A stretch of DNA of 64,000 nt from Octopus vulgaris (Eukaryota). The notes beneath the pieces were generated by a model. It saw nothing but the letters and a program-made list of their open reading frames with translations, was not told the origin of the DNA and did not search any database. The DNA lies in the NCBI GenBank assembly GCA_951406725.2, contig OX597819.1:49290001-49354000 (forward strand), in the 5' to 3' direction. Made by a program: the position numbers and the translations under genes. The stretch's first letter is position 1. Each line of letters begins with the position of its first letter. Shown piece by piece: positions 55,117 to 64,000 of this stretch.

Positions 55117-55622
55117 AGCATGCAGGATGAAATGCTTAGCAGTATTTCATCCGTTGCTATGTTGAGTTCAAATTCTACCGAGGTCGACTTTGCCTTTCAT
55201 TATTTCAGGGTCAATTGAATAAGTACCAATGAAACATTGCGGTTTGATGTAATTGACTAGTCCCCTCTCCTAAAATTCCAGGCCTTGTGCTTTTAGTAGA
55301 AGGGATTATTATTATTATTAATAAGGTGAGCTGACAGAATTATTAGCACACTGGGTAAAATGCTTAGCAGCATTTTGTCCATCTTTACGTTCTGAGTTCA
55401 AATTCTACCAGGGTCAACTTTGCCTTTCACCCTTTCAGAATCAATAAATTAAGTGCCAGTGAAGCACTATGATCAATGTAACTGATTAGTGTCCCACTAA
55501 AAAAATTTCAGATCTCATGTTTTTAGTAAAATGGATTATTATCATTATTATTATTATTATTATGATTATTATCATTATTATTATTATTATTATGATTATT
55601 ATCATTATTATTATGATTATTA

Positions 55623-55695
<73 letters not shown>

Positions 55696-56335
55696 AGGCA
55701 GCAAACTGGCAGAATCGTTAGCACACTGGGAGAAATGATAGCGGTCTTTCGTCTGCCACTATGTTCTTTCATCCTTTTGGAGTCAATCAAATAAGTAAAA
55801 GTTATGTACTGGAGTTGATGTAATTGACTTACTTCCTTCGCCACAAATTTCAGGCCTTGTGCCTATAATAGAAAGGATTATTATTATTATTTTGTAAAAG
55901 CAGTGACCCAGCAGAACAGCTTAGCAGCATTTTTTCCAATTCATTACATCCTGAGTTCAAATTCCATTGAGATCAAATTTGCACTTCATCCTTTTGTGGT
56001 CAATAAAATATGTATTGGGGAGGGGGGCAGTGTAATCAATGAGCCCTTTTCCTCAAAATTTCGGGCTTTGTGCTTATAGTAGAAATTTAAAAAATCATTA
56101 TTATTATTTTGTGGTGGATGGCAAATGGTGATGGATAAGCAGAATCATTTAGAGCACCTTGTGTATTTCTTCTGGCTCTCTATGTTCTGAGTTCAAATCC
56201 TCTCAAAGTCAGCTTTACCTTTCATTCCTCAAGGTTGATAAAGTAAAGTACTCAACAAGTACTGAGGTTGATGATACTAGCTAACTCACTACCTCCAAAA
56301 TTGCTGGCCTTGTGTCTAAATTAGAAACCATTATT
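55117..56335 (+). mobile_element. Head-to-tail array of ~5 SINE family B copies separated by (ATT)n
   Basis: Units start near 55117, 55323, 55695, 55897 and 56137, each ending ...tagaaa/agtaaaa..att. Confidence 0.85.
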
Positions 56336-56406
56336 TAACATAGCCAACTACTGACAGTTATGTATTTCTGTTATTTTTATATGGCTGCTATCATATTCAC
56401 TTTCAG

Positions 56407-56427
56407 ATGAAGGGCAAGGGCTTCGAG
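56407..56427 (+). other. Candidate 21-nt microexon (ATGAAGGGCAAGGGCTTCGAG)
   Basis: Branch point TACTGAC (56349-56355), AG-free pyrimidine-rich tract, ttcactttcag acceptor, strong GAG|gtaagg donor; length is a multiple of 3. Confidence 0.5.
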
Positions 56428-56611
56428 GTAAGGGAAGTTATCAAGTTGTCCTATCAATCATTCTCTTCAAAACTACTGCTGGCACAGATCATGACAAGTT
56501 TCTCTCTCTTCCTAACTCCATGATGAAAGACAAGGACCAAGTCTGAAACAGTATATTCTTCACTCCTCACGACAACTGAATTTATCAAACTCTCCTATGT
56601 ATTAAATGCCA

Positions 56612-56665
56612 CCGAGGAAACTGGTGATGGTTTGACTAAATGCAAGCCATCACTGGTTTCCTTGG
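56612..56665 (+). ncRNA. Candidate pre-miRNA-like hairpin
   Basis: 23 consecutive pairs (19 Watson-Crick + 4 G-U), 8-nt loop, imperfect lower stem, UG at -14/-13. Confidence 0.5.
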
Positions 56666-57304
56666 ATTCTGGATTTTACCATATTTTATCTGGTATGTTT
56701 GCATGACTGATTCTATGAGGGTGTCTCTGCTCTGGTACATAAGAATCTACTTAAGCCAGAAAATCCAAATTTGTTTTATTAACGATTACTAAGCCAAGTA
56801 AAAAATACCTTGTTAATTTTCCCGCTTTTCAAAATGCAGGTTCTTTCCTCATTTTTTTTTTTATAGCAAGTTATATGGATAAATGCTGGACAAACATTAG
56901 TTAATAGAAAAAGAAAAACAATAAGTTACAGAGAAAAAAAATCAAAATGCTATGATTTATTTCAGATGTTAATGGCTATAATACTGAGTAGTGGAAAATA
57001 CATTGAAATGCTGACCATAAATGCGAGGAGAAATTTTTCTCTCTTTTTTATTTGCAAACATATTTTTAAAATGAATACTGGAGTAAATATTGCTTCTGAT
57101 TACTTAATGGAGTAGCTATAAAAGCTGTTTAATCAATTAAAAGCAACCATATTGGAGAGGTTTTTGTAACGATAGTTTGAGCAATGGCTCTTGGTTTTTC
57201 AGTCTCTACTAAACTGAATGAGTATGATAACTGAGTGAGATCATTGAAATTAATGCTTGATTTCCTCTCACTTTCTCTGATTAATAGATATATATATATA
57301 TCTA

Positions 57305-57470
57305 TCGCGGTTTCGATTCCCAGACCGGGCGTTGTGTGTGTTTATTGAGCGAAAACACCTAAAAGCTCCACGAGGCTCCGGCAGGGGATGGTGGTGATCC
57401 CTGCTGTACTCTTTCACCACTCTAAAGGCGGTGCTCCAGCATGGCCGCAGTCAAATGACTGAAACAAGTA
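57305..57470 (+). mobile_element. Young chimeric SINE: family C body plus family A tail, followed by poly(A) and (GATA)n
   Basis: ...ctctttcaccac|tctaaaggcggtgctccagcatggccgcagtcaaatgactgaaacaagta; CpGs intact. Confidence 0.85.
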
Positions 57471-57498
57471 CAAAAAAAAAAAAAAAAAAAAAAAAAAT

Positions 57499-57538
<40 letters not shown>

Positions 57539-58813
57539 GATAGATGGATGGATGGATGGATGGATACATTTATACGTACATACATACATACATACACACA
57601 CAGACAAATGAATAAACAGATAAATACAAAGATAATTAGACAGCTAAAAAGACAGACAAATAGGTAGACAGGCAGAAGACGGATAGACAGACATATTTTC
57701 ACTGAAAGTCTGGCAAAGCCAATGACTGGTAAAACTTTGTAAGCTATTGTCAACCTCTTCCTCATGAAAATAAATTTGATGTGACACTCAACTTAAATAT
57801 AATGAATGTTCTTTCAATTAATTAATATTTGATTATATTTATATCACACAGTTCACATATTTATATAAATATATTTATATCTATCTCTCTATATACGTAT
57901 CTATCCATCTCCATATTTATCTTCTTTTTTGTCTATTTTTGACCAACATGAAAGATCAGATTAATAGACATAGAATAAAAGCAGTAACGACTCCTAAGAA
58001 TAATATTTGAGAAGAAACAATAGAAGAGCTAGAGAGTAAATAATATAAAAATTGTCAAAGGCAGATGACACTATAGTGTTACCAATTAAATATAATTTGA
58101 AGAAAAAAAAAAAATTTTTAACCTTTTCAATAGCAACTGGCATGAGACTGTTCCTGGTTCTATGAAGCAAACCTACTGTTTTAAAGTAATCTTCATTAAG
58201 ACCTATTAAAATTTCATGTTAATTTATGTTCTAAACAACAGCTTAATAAATGGCAAAGTTAGTTTAATAAATTCTTCCTTATTTTTGAAATCAATTGAAA
58301 CAGAGGGATTGTATTTCAACAGAAATATGATAGTTTAAGGATTAAATTATTGTAAAACAGGGATATTAAAATTTTGTTAGTTTATTATTTGTGCATTGGT
58401 TTAACATTAAGTTTTATATCACCATCTCACATATTTGCATATTTATAGAAATCAAACCACATTGTTGTTGAAACACTTGTTAGAAATTTTCTGCTAATTG
58501 ATCTAACACTATTTCTATTTATTTTTTAATTTGTCTTGTCTCATAACAACAATCCAGATTTCCAAAACCCTTCTCATTTTGTTGATTAGAAAAATAATGG
58601 AAAAATTTGATTGAAACATGGAGTGACAATCACTTTTAACATAGGCACAAGGCCACAAATTTTGGAGAGGAACTGGTTGTTTAAATTATTCATCTTAAAA
58701 GGACGAAAGCTGACCATAGTAGGATTTGAACACAGAATGTAAGGAACCAGAACAAATACTAGGAGGCATTTTGTTTGATGCTCTAAAGATGCTGCCAGGC
58801 CACAGCTGTTAGA

Positions 58814-58879
<66 letters not shown>

Positions 58880-58884
58880 GCAAT

Positions 58885-59102
58885 AACCCTTTGTACTGTA
58901 GGCTCAAGGCCTGAAATTTTGGTGGAAGGGTTAAGTCAATCACACGGACCCCAGTACTCATCTGGTACTTAATTAATTGACCCCAAAAGAATGAAAGGTA
59001 AAGTCGACCTTGGTGGAATTTGAACTCAGAACATAGTGGTGGGTGAAATACTGCTAAGCATTTCACCCAGCATGCTAACGATTCTGCCAGCTTGCTGCCT
59101 TA
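58885..59102 (-). mobile_element. SINE family B copy with long (ATT)n tail (58815-58880)
   Basis: Near-consensus reverse complement. Confidence 0.88.
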
Positions 59103-60673
59103 TAAATAATAATAATGATGATGATGATGATAACGATGATCATGATGATAATAATTGTAAAAGCAGCTTCTCTTCTGTACATCACTTTAGAAGCTGGAAT
59201 ATAGAATTTACATTGGAAGAATGATTTTGGCAAACGTGACTGCCTGCATATCATTAGAACAAGTATTTTTTAAGCTTGCTCCAACTATGAACAAATATTG
59301 GATACCATTCCAACATTTAACCACTCAACCATAAAGAAATGGAGCCTGTCCTCAGTAATGAAATTACATCAAGCAGGGTTAGCTGATAGAAAATTGCTTA
59401 AATTTTACACTAGTATATGAAATAAAATAGCTTGGTAGTTAAAATTCTTAGACAAAGAGTATTTCTCTATTTATTGTAGTCTGTCTTAGTAGAAAATAGA
59501 TACCAAAGCTAAATGAACAACAGTCATGTCAAGAACTTGTAGCAACTTTAAGACATACTGATTGACAATGCCACTAAGTATCAATTTTGGCTGCACCTTT
59601 CAGTTAACTATGAATCACAAATTAACAACTTTAGGTAGGAGAATTAATTTGAAATAAATAAGAATACAAAGACAAAATGTGCCCAAGAAAAACAGGAAGT
59701 AAACTCATTTAAGCATATATTAATCACATCATATCCAACCTAAACTAACCTTTTAAATTACTTTAAATGCATTATTAATCATTGTAATTTTGGCAGCATA
59801 GTAGTGTAATTGTTTATAATAGTATAATTGTTTACTTTATTTATCAAAGAAGTTTTGTGTCCTCTTGATCTTTTTTTGTGTCAGAGTTTATTTTGTTCTT
59901 TATTTTTATCCATGGGTATTTGAAATGAAAATGTTTTAGTTCTTTATATCTGTTCTAGAGTGATTAAAATGAAAATGGCAAATGTGAGATATACATTATT
60001 CCTTTAACATTTGCTATTTTCATTTCAGCTAATTGTATTGAGATTAAATGAAATAAATCTTTCAAAACTATACTTTGTTGGTTCAGAAGAATGGCATGTG
60101 CAAGTAGTATTTTCCAAATTCTGACGTCTATGTTGAGTAAATTTTATTTACATCATATTGGAAATCATGAGGTAGAATTTTATGCTGAACAATTCAAATG
60201 TCATTTGTGTATCAAAGAAGGATGTAATTGATCACTAGATTCAGATTTTTAAATTTTATTAATTAGCTGAATGAGAAGGGAACAATACCTTCAGACATGT
60301 AAGGCTGGTACGCACTACCTGAGATTTTTCTGGTTTGTGCTTGTAGGGACAAAGTGTGCCAGGAAGAAGTTGTAATTTTGAGAACAAAGGAACTGGCAAT
60401 GTGTTTAATGAAAACTTTAAATGGTAAAAGACTGGAGGCACAACAAGTGAGGCAGAGGCAGGTGGGCTTGGACAGGAGTGGTATGCATCTTGCTAATTTG
60501 GAGGAACAAATCACTGCAACACTAGAAGTAAGAAGAATAGTACATCTGTGGTTACTTGACCATGCATGTACAACAAGTTGTACTGTTTCACATGCCAGCA
60601 CTATGCTAGTGTAATATTTCTTATTTCTGAACCTTTGGAATCCAGTGTTTTAGCTTTTTGTTGTTGTTGTTGT

Positions 60674-60709
<36 letters not shown>

Positions 60710-61157
60710 AAACAGCAAAGTATTTTAAGTGTATTTCTTTAATGAGCGTGCATATATTGTGCTTATTCCAGTATATTGTGCGTATCCCTGCTTGTCATGT
60801 GAGGCAGCTAAAAATGTTGAGTCTAGGAACTGCATTCAGTCATAAAACATTGCCTTGGAAATAACTGACCAGGCCAACCCAACATAGAAAAGAGAATGTA
60901 AAACTAATGATGGTGATGTTTTTTGTGTGTGACCTATGATGATGATGCTGATGATGATAGTAATGATGGTAGTTCATTCAATGAAAAAGGAATGCACTCG
61001 TAGTCTAAATAAGCCTTTGAAGACGTAAATGTAAGGAGTTTGATATGATTGTAATTACAAGTTTAAAGAATATGGTGGTATATATCATACAAGGTAGAAG
61101 CAGGTGACAGGAAGGTATTTATAAAACTACTAATCAATTTTCTAAAATTATCACATA

Positions 61158-61366
61158 GGTGCAGGAGTGGCTGTGTGGTATGTAGCTTGCTTACCAACCA
61201 CATGGTTCCAGGTTCAATCCCACTGCATGGCACTTTGGGCAAGTTTGGCCAAAGAATCGATAGGATAAGTACTAGGCTTACAAAGAATAAGTCCTAGGGT
61301 CGATTTGTTTGACTAAAGTCAGTGGTCTAGCATGGCCACATTCAAATGACTGAAACAAATAAAAGA
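61158..61366 (+). mobile_element. SINE family A copy with internal deletion
   Basis: Head joins the tail directly at ttgggcaagt|ttggccaaaga; microsatellite region missing. Confidence 0.88.
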
Positions 61367-61420
61367 AATTTCTGACCAAATCATAAGGACACATAAACTA
61401 ATTACACTAATTAAAACATT

Positions 61421-62050
61421 TCATCATCATCATCATCATTTAACGTCTGCTTTCCATGCTGGCATGGGTTGGACGGTTTGAGTGAAAACTGGTAAGCCAG
61501 AGGACTGCACCGGGTTCCAATCTAATTTGGCAAGGTTTCTATGGTTGGATGCCCTTCCTACTGCCAACCACTCAGAGAGTGTAGTGGGTGTTTTTTACGT
61601 GCCACTGGCATGGGTGCCATTGGCTTGATACCAGCATCAGCTACGACTACAGTCTCATTTGGCTTGACAGGTCTGCACAAACATGGTGTATCTAGGTCAC
61701 CTGTCACTGCTTCCATGAGGCCCAATGCTCAGACAGTGCGTTTTACATGCCACTAATATGGATGTCAGTCAGACAGCACTGGCATTGGCCATGACTACAA
61801 TTTCACTTGGTTCAACAGGTGTTCACAAGCACAGCATATCGCCCAATGACTGAAGGGTGCTTTTAACAGGCCAGTTATTTGACACTGGCATTGGCCACAA
61901 CTATGATCTCACTTAGCTTGACGGGTCTTCTCAAGCACGGCATATCTCCAAAGGTCTCGGTCATTTGTCATTGCCTCTGTGAGGCCCAACATTTGAAGAT
62001 TGTGCTTCACCACCTCGTCCCATGTCTTCCTAGGACTACCTCTTCCATAG
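61421..62050 (-). mobile_element. RTE-clade LINE 3' end: ORF2 C-terminus, repeated 3'UTR and (GAT)n tail
   Basis: Minus strand reads GRGSPRKTWDEVVKHNLQMLGLTEAMTNDRDLWRYAVLEKTRQAK*, typical of RTE ORF2 ends; UTR with aggaagggcatcc and cccatgccagcatggaaagc. Confidence 0.85.
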
Positions 62051-62983
62051 GTTTCTATTCAACTTTCATGGAGCAGTCTGTAGTAATGTTTCTTTCTTCC
62101 CTTGTGCTTTTTTTACTTTTTTCCCTAATAGTAATGCAACTAAGAATCTGATTCCAGAGACCAGTAGAGCTTAAAAATGAAGGAGCAAAGTGAAAATCCA
62201 TCTTGCCCTTCTCCTATACCAGCTGCTGTCTGACATGACTTAAAAACACATTAGCTTATCTTCTAGATTTTCTTTAGTATTTTTTACCTCTGATGTTTTT
62301 GGTTTTTTTTATCTCAGAGTAGTCTTAAATAGTTCAGCAAATTTATATATTTGCTTAAACTGATGTCACTAAAGCAGTTATGATATGTTGATTACTTCAA
62401 CTCTGTTCAAGAAATTAAAACAACAATCCTTACCTGGTGGCAAAATGCAATATTTGTGGAAGGAGATTAGTACCATGATGTCTATCAACAGTGCAGTATC
62501 TTAACCATTCTGACAATGATTCATCTGCCAGAACACATCAACTCTTGAAGTCCTGAATGTGTTGTTTCTTTGACTGTTTTACCAATATCTCAAGTCCACA
62601 TTTTTCTTTGAATTTTTTTTGTAACCAATGTCACCCAAGCATCTCTTCTAGGTACCAGCTTCTCTTCATCAGCCACACTATATATAATTTATTTAATCCT
62701 GTATAGAAAACATCACTAACAGTCTGAACCAGTCTGAAATATCTACTAACACTGGCTTAATGAAGTTGTTGCTATGCAGTCATTCAATTAGTAAGAAATA
62801 TCAGCCAAATTTCCTACTGTTTTAGAGAAGAGTTGATGCAACAGATGATATTATAGTCCTAGGTATATAAAAAAGGTATGTTGGTCACGACTGGCATGCC
62901 TTTGATCAGATAATTTCTCAGAGGCTGTGAGCAGCAACCTACTATCCTATTAAACTTTAACTTAGATAATATTAAACCCATTA

Positions 62984-63375
62984 AAGATGGTGAGCTGGCA
63001 GAATCATTAGCATTCCAGGTGAAATGCTTAGTGGTATTTTGTCTGCCACGACGTTCTAAGTTCAAATTCTACAGAGGTCAAATTTGTCTTTCATCCTTTC
63101 GGGGTTGATAAATTAAGTACTAGTTATGTACTGGGGTCGATATATACCCCTCCCAAAAATTTCAGACCTTGTGCCCATAGAAAAGAATCATAAGCATGTT
63201 GGGCAAAGTGCTCAGTGGCATTTTGTCCATCTCTATATTCTGAGTTCAAATTCCACTGAGGTTCACCTTACCATTCATCCTTTCAGAGTCAATGAAATAA
63301 GTACAAGGGTTGATGTAATTGACTTAACCCCTTCCCACAAATTGCTGGCCTTGTACCAAAATTTGAAACCAATAT
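62984..63375 (+). mobile_element. Two tandem SINE family B copies
   Basis: Two gttcaaattc..catcctttc..aagtac..ccttgt units. Confidence 0.8.
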
Positions 63376-64000
63376 TAACCCTACTAATCTCACTTACTTT
63401 ACAATGAAATTTTAAAGGGATCTAGAAAGCTAAGGGTACTAATGTTGTCCAGAGCAACAAATAAAAGAATGATAAATCTACCAGCACTCCAACAATTCTG
63501 CCAAGACTTTAATCAGTAAACTAGTACTCTAACCATCGCTAGCCATTGTACATGACACCTGCATCTGTTCAGCATGCAAACAATCCTGCCGTGACTTTTA
63601 TCAAAAGCCCAACAACTTAACCATTCCACCACTGTGTTGTATTACAATGTGCAGAGTTAGTATTTACTAGAAAAAACTGGAGTAGTGCTACATACAAAGC
63701 ATGACAATTTTAAATAGAAATAAAATAAAATATAATAAAAAAACTAACTAAAAAAAAACCAGGTAAATGAAAAGAAACATTTAGAAAGCAGAAATCACAC
63801 TCAGGAAAGTATGTACACAAAGAATTTCTATTTTTGTTGATGATAATCTCAGTAAGACACATTCCTGCACAATCTGGTATAAGCAATGGTAATAACCACA
63901 TGTAGCTTTGCATTTATAGATCACACTATACATATGCTCATAATTATGTTACACACAAATACACAAATAATATATACATATGTATATTTACATATATATA

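Noticed and set aside
56520-56579. Box C (ATGATGA) with two downstream CTGA, resembling a C/D snoRNA
   Set aside because: No terminal stem, no clear C' box, and no rRNA/snRNA antisense element I can identify.
62434-62524. Minus-strand exon candidate (CAG|gtaagg donor; ESLSEWLRYCTVDRHHGTNLLPQILHFAT)
   Set aside because: Weak acceptor, unrecognised peptide and no supporting partner exons; compatible with chance.

Overview
AT-rich, microsatellite-dense animal genomic DNA with no recognisable full-length protein-coding gene. The repeat families resemble those I recall from Octopus (coleoid cephalopod) genomes; this is recall, not a database result. The window reads as a long intron or intergenic tract. 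It carries dozens of copies of about four retroposon/SINE families, RTE and CR1/L2-type LINE 3' ends, a deleted mariner element with TIRs (828-1688), a fragmented pogo/Tigger transposase fossil (~14970-17470), TTAA-flanked piggyBac-type MITEs and many compound microsatellites. Nearly all ORFs in the supplied track are artefacts of these repeats. The best non-repeat signal is a compact + strand module at ~56350-56705. It has a 21-nt frame-preserving microexon candidate with a branch point, a UGC and a strong donor. About 185 nt downstream lies an uninterrupted 23-bp pre-miRNA-like hairpin with a basal UG, then an Rbfox UGCAUG. None of these is verified by expression data.
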